From contig OX597817.1 in the NCBI GenBank assembly GCA_951406725.2, positions 49,290,001 through 49,354,000 of the forward strand: a stretch of DNA of 64,000 bases, in the 5' to 3' direction. The DNA is from Octopus vulgaris. Its lineage: Eukaryota. Positions 27,113 to 39,909 of the stretch are shown here, one piece after another. The position numbers and the translations under genes were made by a program. The notes below the pieces were generated by a model. The model was not told the origin of the DNA. It did not search any database and worked only from the letters and a program-made list of their open reading frames with translations. Each line of letters starts with the position of its first letter. The first letter of the stretch is position 1.

Positions 27113-27679
27113 ACGTTGGTACGCAAGCACGCACGCATGCATGTATATCTGTATGTATGCATGTACGTATGTGTGCATGTATGTATGTACACATGAACAC
27201 AAGAAGATTTGTAAATGCACATTATCAACTGTACTTTAAGAAATTATTGTGAACAGGTCGTAAATAATTTAGTTTTCGAATTCTTTAGCATTCCCTGTTC
27301 TTGTTCATCATCTGGTAGATATGGCATAAATCTATCCATTCGTATTTTTAAGAAGCAAATCATTGAAATACTGCTTACAGTCATTTCATTTATTTATTTT
27401 GCGTTTGTTTGTTTTGTTTTTTTATATTGCACATTTTATGACACCAACATTTTAGAAACAGTGATTTACTATTTGTGCTATAAATCTTTATTAAGAGAGA
27501 ATCAAATGTTTGAAAGTGACCAGAGATAAATTTCGTTCTTCAAATCTGACAAGCTTCCAATTCAGTGTACTCGGCCACCCTTATTAATATATCTTCATCT
27601 TTTGTTTTACGGACTGGACACTAACAGATTACAGTTATTTTTTGAATGACCAGACTATCGGATGTTGTAATACATTGCT

Positions 27680-28420
27680 GATCACAATGCGCCTCCAATT
27701 CTTTCTTAATTGCATCCTTCTTTTCTGTCTTTGCCCAGATCGTTTAACTAAATCTTTCCGTGGTCGTTCAGGCCTTTCGAATGGGCTTATGCGATCTTTT
27801 GGGTGTCACTTGGCAACTGCACTGTTGTCCATCTGTTGTCTGTGAACCTTGTGATGTGTCCAGCCCAGTGGAACTTGTGCCTTCGGTATTCTGTAAAGAC
27901 ATTATTCGCTCCTTTCTATCCTCCGCTCTTGCAGTGGTATTCTAAGCACAGATCTTCCTATGGTCCGTTGTGTCGTAGCTAATGGATATTCTCAAATCTT
28001 AGTAGCGCACATTTCCCTTGCATATAAAAATGCAGGTAGGTTGACACCATTGAAGAGACTGGGTCTTCTCCAGCTTTCCTTTGAGCACGTCATTCATCGA
28101 GGTAAACGCTTACCATTCTGCCCAAGACATGGCTGCTGAAATCTTCGAGATTTCAGTAGCGATGTCTCGGCGCATATTCACTGGGTGCTCCAAGCAGACA
28201 TAACCATTAGCCTTCGTGATTTCATCCCGTCCTGCCCGTCCTGCCTCTAATCGGCCTTCGGATCGCATGTAATTTATTTTCATACGATTCATTTTAAGAA
28301 CTACTGCTAAACTACGAGAGTCCGACCCTATCGGCATGCTGTGCAGCTGAGCTGTGGTTTCAGCGATGATTACTAAATCATTTGCGAGTCGGTGTGCTAG
28401 TAGCTCGTCGGACATACGTA
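27680..28420 (-). mobile_element. Decayed RTE-like LINE 3' fragment (RT C-terminus)
   Basis: HRLANDLVIIAET (degenerate FADD block), LKMNRMKINYM, YVCLEH.VNMRRDIATEI and a downstream HPKDR..PFERPERP block. Confidence 0.65.
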
Positions 28421-29160
28421 TAGTATGGCAAAGCGTGTTACGTACTTAACGTGTTGAATGAAGTGTCACATACAAAAGGCACTAAGATTAACTGTTTTAT
28501 TGGTGTCAGACAATTTCAAATTCAAATTATGAACGGAGTTATCACCAAATACTAATGTAATTTTGTATATTTTGTATAAGGTTTAATGAATAATAGTTAT
28601 GACAGGTGTAGAAAACGTGATGACAGAAGGGCTGCAGTAATTATCTAAGTACTGACATGATCCGTTAACCTAAACAAACTAGTTAAAAGAAAACGGTATA
28701 CAGCCAAGGAATTTTATTAAAAAAATATTTTAACGTGTAACTACTTTAGTTTATTAAATGGAGGAATAAATCAACATTGTACTGCAAACAGATTGCAAAA
28801 TTTAATTTGCTTCAAATTACTGCCAAAGAAAAATGCAATGGTTTAACGGAAGTTTTACGTTTAGGATTTCTATCCACAATGTATAGGCATGTAATGCAGT
28901 TTCTTCTATATAAACAAACACCTTTGAAAGAATGTCTGCTTTAAACTTTCTTTGGAGATAAATAAATGGAGAAATAAATAAATACGTTTATAGAATAAAG
29001 CTTTTTCAACATCTCTGGTAGATCTCACTTATAACTTCAGACTTAATAAGTTTCAGAAAGGCATATAAAGCAACAGAAAGAATGTTCGCATCCGGCGAAT
29101 AAGTTGATACCATTATTAGTGGGTGATTCAGCTGGCATCACATTGAAGTGAGAGAGAGAC

Positions 29161-29199
<39 letters not shown>

Positions 29200-29737
29200 G
29201 ATAGAGAAAATATTTATTTCGCTTTTGTACTCGTGTCACCGACTGAGTCAGAGAAATGTGTTTATATACTTAATCAATCAGTTCATTACATGTGTGCATG
29301 TTACTTCGTGTGTGTCCGAACATCATCCTAATTTATAGCCGTCACGTGGTTTTACTCATTCACCATGTGCCGGAAGTTGTCATCATTCTTAATTCTCGGT
29401 TGATTTCGGTCCAGTTTCTTCATTTTTTTTTTTCATCCCTGAATAGGACAAGTAATTCTCTTCCTTGGACGAGTCAACTGACAAGCTACATATGTAACGA
29501 TTTATTTCGAAGTTTACTTCACTTTCGAGTTAACTGACCATTGAAATTATTTCATATATAATAACTTCAATCAAATATCTGATGTTATTATCAACATGTT
29601 GAGTTATCAATAACTCTCATCTAATTAAAAACTATAACGATAAATTTGGCGCAATTAATCTGCTTGAGACTGCAAAACAGAGCTTACTATTCTTTCAGGG
29701 TTTCAAAAAAGTAATAGTAATATTCATCAAAACACAA

Positions 29738-30162
29738 AGGTGGCGAACTGGCAGAACCGTTAGCACGTCGGACAGAATGCTTAACGGTGTTTCACCTGTC
29801 TACACGTTCTGGGTTCAAATTCCGCCGAGGTCGACTTTGATTTCCATCCAGTCGGGGATCAATAAATTAAGTATCAATTGAACACTGGGGTCAATGTAAT
29901 CGACTAGCACCCTCCCCCAAAATTCCTGATCGTGTGCCAAAATTTTAAACCAATATTCATTAAAACAAAGGCGGTGAGCTGGCAGAATCGTTAGCACGCC
30001 GGGGAAAATGTTTAGCGGTATTACGTTCCGAGTTCGAATTTCGTCGAAGTTGACTTTGCTTTTCATCCTTTTGGGATCGATAAAATAAACACCAGTTGAG
30101 TCGGTGTAGTCGACTTTCTCTGCCACTGAAATTGCTGGCCTTGTGCTAAAATTTGAAACCAC
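29738..30162 (+). mobile_element. Two tandem, older family B SINEs with GTGCCAAAATTT(G)AAACC-type tail
   Basis: Heads at about 29738 and 29968, each with the GAGGTCGACTTTG..TTTCATCC-like body. Confidence 0.75.
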
Positions 30163-30448
30163 TTTTAATTAAAACACGAAATGAGGCAACTGGATGCAGC
30201 TGTCTGGTCAACGATGATTTGGCACAGCTGACGGTATATTCAGCCTGCTTTGTCGACTGTATGCTTTGGTGCAGGGGGCTCACACACTCACACATACACA
30301 CACAAACACAGACGCACATGCGCATACACACACATACATGCATATACACATGAATGCGTGCGCGCAAGAATATACGCATGCAGATAGAGAATGAGAAAGA
30401 GAGAGAATGAGACAGACAGGCACACACACACATAAATACGCACATATA

Positions 30449-30848
30449 TTACTCTTTACTCTTTACTCTTTTACCTGTTTCAGTCATTTGACTGCGGCCA
30501 TGCTGGAGCACCGCCTTTGATCGAGCAACTCGACCCCGGGACTTATTCTATCGGTCTGTTTTGCCGAACCGCTAAGTGACGGGGACATAAACACACCAGC
30601 ATCGGTTGTCAAGCAATGCTAGGGGACAAACACAGACACACAAACACACGCACATACACACACACATATATATATACATATATACGACGGGCTTCTTTCA
30701 GTTTCCGTCTACCAAATCCACTCACAAGGCTTTGGTCAGCCCGGGGCTATAGCAGAAGATACTTGCCCAAGGTGCCACGCAGTGGGACTGAACCCGGAAC
30801 CATGCGGTTGGTAGACAAGCTACTTACCACACAGCCACTCCTGCGCCT
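30449..30848 (-). mobile_element. SINE family A (full length)
   Basis: TACTCTTT-type tail repeats through CACAGCCACTCCTGCGCCT head. Confidence 0.85.
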
Positions 30849-30878
30849 AATATATATAAATATTATTATTATTATTAA

Positions 30879-30946
<68 letters not shown>

Positions 30947-30948
<2 letters not shown>

Positions 30949-31159
30949 TAAAGGTGACAATATATGTATTAAAGCGCTACTAATAGATTCAAGTGTAGAG
31001 AGATCTCAAACATATTCTTCAGGCGCAAAACATATATAACGAACTAAAGAATATTTTAGTTTGTCAGGATATGTAATTTGCGCCTGAGGAGTGTTTTTGA
31101 GATTTCTCAACATATGAAACTATTAGCAGCGCTTTAATACATATATTGTCACCTTTAAA
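30947..31159. mobile_element. Fold-back element whose two arms each carry a decayed hammerhead motif (inverted Penelope-like pLTR pair)
   Basis: Arms TTTAAAGGTGACAATATATGTATTAAAGCGCT... and ...AGCGCTTTAATACATATATTGTCACCTTTAAA. The right arm (31081-31131) reads CGC-CTGAGGA...GAAACTATTAGCA-GCG; the left arm (minus, 30975-31025) reads CGC-CTGAAGA...GAATCTATTAGTA-GCG. Confidence 0.6.
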
Positions 31160-31228
31160 TAATAATAATATTTATGTCTCACCAGATGGAGTACTTTTTT
31201 TGTTGAATTTTCTATCACGGATCAGTAC

Positions 31229-31282
<54 letters not shown>

Positions 31283-31370
31283 GGAGTAAGCACATAAATG
31301 TGAAACAAGGTGGAATACCAGAGTTAGAATAATATACGCTTTATTTTAAAGTAGCAGAAATATAACAAAA

Positions 31371-31407
31371 GCTGTTACTCAGAGTTTCACGTTCCCGTTC
31401 GTCGGAC

Positions 31408-31409
<2 letters not shown>
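31371..31409 (-). ncRNA. Hammerhead-like motif with variant core CCGACGA (U4C)
   Basis: Minus strand reads CCGT-CCGACGA-ACG-GGAA-CGT-GAAA-CTC-T-GAG-TA-ACAG. Stems II and III are intact; stem I pairs 3 of 4. Confidence 0.5.
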
Positions 31410-31474
<65 letters not shown>

Positions 31475-31822
31475 GGATGGATGTCCAAAAATGCCTACAC
31501 ACTTTAACAGGTGATAATACTAAAATTTATATTTTTCTTTAGATTTATCCCATTTGCAATAATCCTTTCTATTACTATAGGCACAAGGCCTGAAATTTTG
31601 GGGGAGAAGGTATGTCGATTAGATCGACCCCAGTATTCAACTGGTACTTATTTTATCGACGCCGAAAAGACGAATGGTAAAGTTCACCGAACCTCACAGA
31701 AGTTTTGATAGGGATACTTAAAATATAAAGTTTGCAGTGCAGAAACGGCAACATTCGACAATTTGAGGGAAGCCATTGGATGAAAATACGCCTAAATATC
31801 GATGGTAATGTTTCTTTATATG

Positions 31823-32219
31823 AAGGCGGCGAGCTGGCAGAAACGTTAGCACGCCGGGTGAAATACTTAGCAGTATTTCGTCTGCCGTTACGTTCTGAGT
31901 TCAAATTCCGCCGAGGTCGACTTTGCTTTTCATCCTTTCGGGGTCGATAAATTAAGGACCAGTTACGCACTGGGGTCGATATAATCGACTTAATCCGTTT
32001 GTCTGTCCTTGTTTGTCCTCTCTGTGTGTAGCCTCTTGTGGGTAGTATAGAAATAGGTATTTCGTCTGTCTTTATCTTTTGAGTGCAAATTCTGCCAAGG
32101 TCGACTTTGCCTTTCATCCTTTCGGGGTCGATAAATTAAGTACCAGTTGCGTCCTGGGTCGATCTCATCGATTGGCCCCCTCCCCCAAAATTTCGGGCCT
32201 TATGCCTAGAGTAGAAAAG
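31823..32219 (+). mobile_element. Family B dimer with ~15-bp TSD, inserted in a maT/Tc1-like relic
   Basis: TSD AATGTTTCTTTATAT (31807-31821) vs AATGTTTCTTCATGT (32220-32234); second unit starts GGTATTTCGTCTG. Confidence 0.85.
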
Positions 32220-32379
32220 AATGTTTCTTCATGTTTGTGTTTCCGTTCCGTCGTGCTATCAGCTGTGTTTGGACTAAAACGGTTATCAGTTTGAAAACAG
32301 GGCGTTCATAAAAATATTAAATTCTGTCAGTGGATTATATTAATTTTTGAATATAAAATATGTTTTAATTACAGCTGAT

Positions 32380-32442
32380 TTTTTTAATGTGCGTATGCAA
32401 TTTTTTAATGTGCGTATACAATTTTTTAATGTGCGTTTACAA
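32380..32442. repeat. 3 x 21-bp tandem repeat at a transposon end
   Basis: TTTTTTAATGTGCGTATGCAA / TTTTTTAATGTGCGTATACAA / TTTTTTAATGTGCGTTTACAA. Confidence 0.9.
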
Positions 32443-32716
32443 TTTTTGGACACCCTGTATATATATATCTCAAAACTTTGATTATATAGATAACAACGAC
32501 GACGACGACGATGACAACAACAATAACACAACAACTATAATAACAACAATAACAGCAACCACAAGGAGAGAAAGAAGAAAGTAGAAAGTTTTCATAAGCA
32601 AGCAAATTCCCTAATATCGTTATACTTATTAATTCTGTGAAACGAAATTGGGGAAAAAAATGTACGTGACGATTTAAGCTGAACTGCCACACACCATCTT
32701 ACACGCATATGTGCGT

Positions 32717-32790
<74 letters not shown>

Positions 32791-33716
32791 GTATATATAT
32801 GTATATGTATATATGTATGTATGTATACACACACACACATATACACATACATGCACGCACGCACACACACATACGAGGACGTTTTAACAAAAGTGATTTG
32901 TGTACTTGAGAGTCCCCGTGTCATTTGTTAACGCATAGATTAACAGATTATAGTCATTTTTTTTCTTCGTTAATCCGGTATTTTGCTAATCATGCAAAAA
33001 ATTGTTTGCGGACCGAAAAACCTATCATTCACCCCTAAGTACATACGTGTACACATGTAAGTATATGTACACATATAAGTATACCTAAGTGTTTATATAG
33101 GTGTACGCATATATGTATATCTGTTGTGTATATGTGTGGTTATATGTGAGTATATGTTTTCAAACGTATTTGTATGATTATCGGAATCTGTGTGCTTTCA
33201 TTGTTCATCGTCTCTTGCCTCACCGCTGTACTGAGCAAATAATAACACTTTTGGACGGGAATCAATTTTCATGGATCATCTGTTAGCTTTATCAGATTGC
33301 TTACGGTTCCAGTAATCACTTTATATTATTAATTTGTTCTTTAAATACCACTTAATCTAAAAGTGTTTCATTAAGTAATTATTTCGGTCTTGAGATTAAT
33401 TAAGGAAACGTGTTATTTTGCTTCGCATATTGCCAGTGTTTTATTTTTTTATCATGGTAGCTTTGGTCTTTAACCTTCTGGTTGTTGACGAAAATTTAGT
33501 GATTTGGGTGATGACTGTAATATAGATGGTGGTGGTGGTGGTGGTGGTGGTGGTGGTAATGGTGATGGATTTCAGAAAATTAATATGATAAACAACTACG
33601 GCCGCGGTGAAGTTATTAACGAGAATGATGGAATTCATTGTAAATACGAAGACATTGACTACGATGATGATAATGATGATGATGATGTCGTCGAAAACTA
33701 CCGCCATTAAAGCTTG

Positions 33717-33755
<39 letters not shown>

Positions 33756-34260
33756 AATGTCCAAAGTAGAGTAAGATTACATTTCTGAACTGAGGTTTCA
33801 TTCATTCGACTTTTGAGCGATTTTAATGAAAGAAAGCCATCAAAAATATACTTATAGTCATCAGTGAAATGAGAAGCAATAACTGCCAATGGTATAAAAT
33901 ACAATTCCTTCCATTTTTCGAGAGCTCACATGATTGCTGAAGTTACAAGTCATATATTTACTCACGAGCAGAAATTTCTTTGAAATTAAGAAGAAAATAT
34001 ATATCGACCGGTCAAAATTAGTACATTCTTTCGTTTAGGGCTGAAATATCATAAGGTGTTTCTCTATAAGACAGAAATCATAGAACGTCGGTCATTTTGT
34101 TTGTTGCCAACTTAATGTGGCAGTCTCAGGAAAGAGAAGAATGCTACTGCTATTTAGCCCCAGGAAACAACGTTTCCAGTTGGCTATGTGACACAAGCGC
34201 ACTGTGTCCTTATATTTTCAAACAGGGGGGATAAGCACCTCCACCCAGCAAAACCAGCAT

Positions 34261-34301
34261 CCAGAGACCAGTTTCAGAGTCATTGCTCGTCATCAGTCTG
34301 A
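34261..34301 (-). ncRNA. Minimal type I hammerhead ribozyme motif
   Basis: Minus strand reads TCAGA-CTGATGA-C-GAG-CAATGA-CTC-T-GAAA-CTG-GTC-TCTGG: intact core, GUC site, 5-bp stem I (one G-U) and a 3-bp stem II. Confidence 0.65.
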
Positions 34302-34456
34302 TAAGTCTCTCTGAGACATTTAGAAATGCAATATTTCTAATTTTGTAGATCAGTGAATTTATTTCACTTGAAATTCTATGTGTTTTCAAAGATCATCGAC
34401 AGCTAGCAATTATACTTAAACATATATGCTCCCACATACAACAAACATAAAGACAC

Positions 34457-34622
34457 AGACGCGGGTGTGGCTGTGTCGTAAGAAGCTTACTTCCCAACCA
34501 CATGGTTCCGTGTTCAGTCCACTGCGTGGCACCTTGGGCAAGTGTCTTGTACTATAGCCTCGGGCCGACCAAAGCCTTCTGAGTAGATTCGGTAGACGGA
34601 AACTAAAGAAGCCCGTCGTATA

Positions 34623-34684
<62 letters not shown>

Positions 34685-34890
34685 TATGCACATATATATA
34701 TATGTGTGTGTGTGTACGTGTATGTGTCTGTGTTTGTCCTCCCACCATCACTTGACAACCGATGCTGGTGTGTGTTTACGTCGCCGTAACTTAAAGGTTC
34801 AGCAAAAGAGGCCGATAGGATAAGTAATAGTCCTGGGGTCGATTTCTTCGACTAAAGGTGGTGCTCCAGCATGGCCGCAGTCAAAGTAAA
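34457..34890 (+). mobile_element. SINE family A (full length)
   Basis: GACGCGGGTGTGGCTGTGT head through GGTGCTCCAGCATGGCCGCAGTC tail. Confidence 0.8.
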
Positions 34891-35896
34891 AAATGCATAC
34901 ATTCTAAATTTCTATGTTCTTGTTCTTGGTATTGAAGATATACAACCTTCAGTCTTTTTAAAACATGGGACCGATGCGGTTATTTAAGATCTTTAAATGC
35001 AGTGCCCCAGTATAGCAGCAGTCTAATGACTAACGTATGTAAAGGAATTGAAGAAAAGAAAAATATTGTTGATCAAGCAATGTGTCTGATTGTTTTTACC
35101 CTCCCCTCACCTCTTCCAGCTTTTCAGGATAGTGTCGTCTGCTTCCTTCATTTATCTTAAAGCGTTTGAACCTGTTGATCGTATACATGAAACGTATGTT
35201 TCACCGGTCAGATGCAGATATGATACAGTACTACCGTAGAGCGCTGACGTACAGCAATGGTTAACATCAGAGAGCAGCCTGTTCTATCACCTATTTGAAA
35301 TCATGAACACTAATTTTAATTGTTTACTGAAATCAGTAACACTAATTTTAATGAGATGGTATTGGCGTTAATAGATGCAGGTAGCTTGGGAAGGTCTTAT
35401 CATCGGCTGCATTGGCATGGTATGATACAAAAGACTAAGATGAATATCTAAAAAGTGGTGGTTGTACTTCCAATATTTGTACACGTGATGGCAACTCGTA
35501 CACTACACAGGGGCTAAATTAGAGTTCAAGAAGGTTTTCACATGCACTGTCTGTGTACCATCTGTAGAATTTCATTACGAGATAAGATTGGTAGCATGCT
35601 CAGTGCAAACTTGGTGAAACAAAACTTTCCTAATCGAATCACAGTCCTAATGGAGTGACCAGGATGTTGTTGATATGTAACGCAAGTCGGTCTTGATCGT
35701 ACTTATCAGTTAGCGAAAGCGCTCCTGTAGTGACAATCCCGTTTACGACGAGGAGATCATTGAAAGAAAGATAAAACAGCATACATTACGAGGTGTAGAT
35801 TCATGGTGTTACATCTATACGTGTTCTTTTTCTTTATCATAAAAAAATTTCCCGTTCATGTTTCTGTATTTCGTTTTCTAACCGGTGTAAGGTGGG

Positions 35897-35952
<56 letters not shown>

Positions 35953-36111
35953 CGTGCACATGTTGTAGGTGTGTAGTTGTGCGTGCATGTAAAGAAATGT
36001 GTATATATATAAGTTCAGTAAAAATTTAGATTCAGTTGAATATGGTACTTAAGTTAAAGGCACCAGAATTTGGTATGGTATTATCCATATGATTCAAAAT
36101 GAGCTGATTAT

Positions 36112-36222
36112 AATCAAAATAAGCATCAAGGATATCCAAAGGTAATGCAGTGCGATCGCATGAAGTCGCATGAAACGATCGTACTGCATTACCTTTGAAT
36201 ATCCGTGTTGCTTATTTTGATT
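36112..36222. repeat. Fold-back centred on a hammerhead 3' half (GAAACGATCGTA)
   Basis: AATCAAAATAAGCA..GGATATCCAAAGGTAATGCAGTGCGATCG pairs with CGATCGTACTGCATTACCTTTGAATATCC..TGCTTATTTTGATT. GAAA plus palindromic ACGATCGT plus A lies at 36172-36183. Confidence 0.6.
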
Positions 36223-36223
36223 T

Positions 36224-36271
<48 letters not shown>

Positions 36272-36585
36272 TTTATCAGCATATGTTTATGCAAATTTCC
36301 TACCTATACAGGTATGCTACTGGTTTACACGCTTCAGTAATTGAACTAATCTGCTTCCAAAGATTTTTGCAGACCATAACGAATTGAATAATTATTGTAG
36401 TCCTTTACGTGTTTTAATCAACATTTGTTAGTCGAACAGAAAGTTTGGTGCATGCTTTCGATTTAGTGGTAATATCTGTCTGCTGTAAAAGTTTTATTAG
36501 ACATATTTCTTCGACTTCAACTTATATTCATTAACCGTTATTGTGCACATTGTTAGTTAGAGAACTAGCAGAATCATTAGTCGAA

Positions 36586-37002
36586 GACGGCGAGCTGGCA
36601 GAAACGTTAGCACGCCGGGCGAAATGCTTAGCCGTATTTCGTCTGCCGTTACGTTCCGAGTTCAAATTCCGCCATGGTCGACTTGCTTTCAGCCTTTCGG
36701 GGTGAATAAATTAAGTACCAGTTATGCACTGGGGTCGATGTGATCGACTTAATCCGTTTGTCTGTCCTTGTTTGTCCCCTCTCTGTTTAGCCCCTTGTGG
36801 GTAGTAAAGAAATAGGTATTTCGTCTGCCATTACGTTCTGAGTTCAAATTCCGCTGAGGTCGACTTTGCCTTTCATCCTTTCGGGGTAGATTAAATAAGT
36901 ACCAGTTACGCACTGGTGTCGATGTAATCGACTTAATCCGTTTGTCTGTCCTTGTTTGTCCCCTCTGTGTTTAGCCCCTTATGGGCAATTGTGAAATAAG
37001 AA
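36586..37002 (+). mobile_element. Family B head-to-tail dimer
   Basis: Full unit followed by AAAGAAATA-GGTATTTCGTCTG and a 5'-truncated second unit. Confidence 0.85.
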
Positions 37003-37682
37003 TTGTTAGAACAGCAGACAAAATGGTTTGTGATATTTTCTCTTTCTCTCCTCATTCTGTGAACGCAAACCCTGCTGGGGAAGGATAAATCCTTGCTATT
37101 TATCCCTCCTAGGGTACATTTTACTTAATCGACTGATCATATGTGTCAGAATTCAATAGGCTGGCATCGTACAATTACAATTCCAAACGTCACAAATGGT
37201 TTTTAAATTCCAGTGAAAGAAACAGATATCAGCAGAATTCAGGATGGGTTACGTACGTTACAATGTCCGCTGGTCAACAACCTGATGCATGCAATGAATG
37301 AGAATATGAGCAAATAACAAAAGAGAAACGGGAACTGTAACGAAAGTTGGAGACCTGAGACTCTAAGTGGAAAATTATAGAAAGAGATAATCAGAAAACC
37401 TTTAACCAGTAGTGGGATATAAATGACTGATTTGAGTAATTGGTTGATATAAGTCAGTATCATAATAATTACAGAGCACAAGGAGTCTATTCTTTAGTCA
37501 TAGTGATAAAACAATAAATAGGGGAACGGAGATGTGTAGGACTGGTTGAAAGGAAATTAAAAGGAAAGATAAGCAAATACAACGGGAAGTAGTCATTTGT
37601 GTGGTGGGGATCGGGTACATTGATGGCAATGAAACATATCCTATCTATGATGACTACTTCGTCACCGTCGTCATCGCCATCG

Positions 37683-38215
37683 TCTTTTTCTTCTCCTCCT
37701 CCTCTTTCTTCTATTTTTCATCGTCTTTTTCTTCCTTCCTTTTCGTTCTTTATTTATTTATTTATTTTCCTTTCATCTTTCTTCCTTTTCTTTCTTTCTT
37801 TCTTCATTCCCTCCTTTTCTTTCATTTTTTCTTCTATTTTTCATCATCTTTTTTCTTCCTTCCTTTTCGTTCTTTATTCCTTTCTTTCTTCCTTTCTTTC
37901 TTTCTTCCTTTTTTCTTCCTTCCTTTTCTTTCTTTCTTTTCTTTCCTTCTTACTTCTTTCTTTCTTCCTCCCTTTTCTTCTTCGTCTTCCGTCCTCCCCC
38001 TTCTCTTATTTTTCTTCTTCCATTTTTCTTCGCCCTTCCTACCTTCCCGCCTTCCTTCCTTCATTCCTTCCTTCCTCCCTCCCTTTCTTCCTTTATTCTT
38101 TTTCGACGTCTTTCTTTCTATCTCTTCTTCTTCTTCTTCTTCTTCTTCTTCTTCTTCTTCTTCTTCTTCTTCTTCTTCTTCTTCTTCTTCTTCCTTTCCC
38201 TCTTTCATCTCCCTC
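37683..38215. repeat. About 530-bp polypyrimidine low-complexity tract ending in (CTT)n
   Basis: Almost only C/T on the plus strand. Confidence 0.9.
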
Positions 38216-38324
38216 TCGCATCGTCAAAGGGATTACCGGGGTTGCATTCGGAGTTGACGTCGTGGTCGCTGTCATATCCGTCACATAATCTTATTACATT
38301 ACAGCTTACTTATTTATCCCATTC

Positions 38325-38381
<57 letters not shown>

Positions 38382-38925
38382 CATTATTATTATTATTATT
38401 CATTTATTTTTCGTCTTTGTCATCAGACTACCAGTATGTGGGAAAATACTTTGCAAACGTTAAACACGTACTGTTGTACAGGGTTGATATGTGGGGCGGA
38501 GCGCGACAAATAATTTGGCGTAAAGAAACAAGAAAACAAAAACCGCAGTAAAAATAAAAAAAACTTAAACAAGTAAAAGGCTTCCATTTATCTGATTACA
38601 GTGGGTGTCTACTAGCAAGGATAATTAACACAGATGGCATGTAATGATCATATCAGGTTTTCGTGTATTACATACAAACTGATAGTTCATAAAAGTTGTT
38701 TCTTGCCAAGCAGAAAATATGGAGTAGCTACTTACGGAAGGCCGCCGCTGGTTTCCTTAATCTGTTGCTTGTTCGTTTCTATGATCCGACATTAATAATA
38801 AAAATAAAAAGTAAAAGTTCGAATGAAATAACTAAAACTTGCTAAATATATGTATTTGAGATGATATCTAATGCTGAATATTTTTTTATCATTATAAAAT
38901 CATATATTTATTATTATTATTATTA

Positions 38926-38990
<65 letters not shown>

Positions 38991-39014
38991 ATTATTATCA
39001 TCATCATAATCATT

Positions 39015-39208
39015 AAGGCGGCGAGCTGGCAGAATCGTTAGTGCACCGGACGAAATGCTAAGCGGTATTTCGCCCATCGCAATATTCTGAGTTAAAATTA
39101 CACCGAGGTCGACTTTACCTTTCATCCTTTCGGGGTCAATAAAATAAGTACCAATTGAACACTCATCCCCTCCCCCAAAATTGCTGCCCTTGCGGCAAAA
39201 TTTGAAGC

Positions 39209-39305
<97 letters not shown>

Positions 39306-39445
39306 GTCATCATTATGATTATTAGTCCACCGAGCTCGACTTTGCCTTTCATCTTTTGGGGGGCCGATAAAACAAGTACCAGTTGAACATTGGGCCTTAC
39401 CTCTACCCCGAAATTGTTGGCTTTTGTGCCAAAATTTGAAACCCT
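39015..39445 (+). mobile_element. Family B SINEs embedded in (ATT)n/(ATC)n tracts
   Basis: Copies at about 39015-39210 and 39330-39445, with ATT/ATC arrays before and between them. Confidence 0.75.
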
Positions 39446-39909
39446 TATTAGTAGTAGTAGCTCGTTCGTCGTTGTCTACTGGACCCTCGGACTTGTAAGT
39501 GAATTATTTTGACGAAAACTATGGAAGCCTTTACATATGTGTGCGTCCATGTGTCTCTACCTCCCAACCCCACCACTTGACGATCAGTATGGATTTGCTG
39601 GTTCGACAAAAGAGACCGATACGACTAAAATAAGTACTAATTTTTGCCTATACTTTACTATCTTAAGGTTGATGGAAACTTTTATAAATAACCTCGCTCT
39701 TTAAGCAAACTATTATTAACTTATTTTATACATGGCACCTGTATTAAATAAATGAGAAAATATCCGCATTAGTCGATGATACTGATATTAATATTTTTAA
39801 TGTTCCGCAAAGTACAGTAAACAACTGTGTATATTTCGATTTTATTCTGACCCCCTTAAAGCAAGGTAATCTCCCTGTACTTGCAGAAGTAGTGATTAAT
39901 GAACTTTCG

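Larger units (their letters stand above)
31474..32457 (+). mobile_element. Internally deleted Tc1/mariner (maT-like) element with nested SINEs
   Basis: TIR-like ends GGATGTCCAAAAATG and ATTTTTGGACACCCTG-TA. A C-terminal transposase relic GYLKYKVCS..TFDNLREAI..MFL / HVCVSVPSCYQLCLD*NGYQFEN spans the SINE. Confidence 0.7.

Noticed and set aside
32380-32442. CRISPR-like repeats
   Set aside because: Direct tandem 21-mers without spacers, in eukaryotic DNA.
37599-38288. ORFs of 218-229 aa rich in F/S/L, and the antisense E/K/R-rich ORF
   Set aside because: Artefacts of the polypyrimidine tract.
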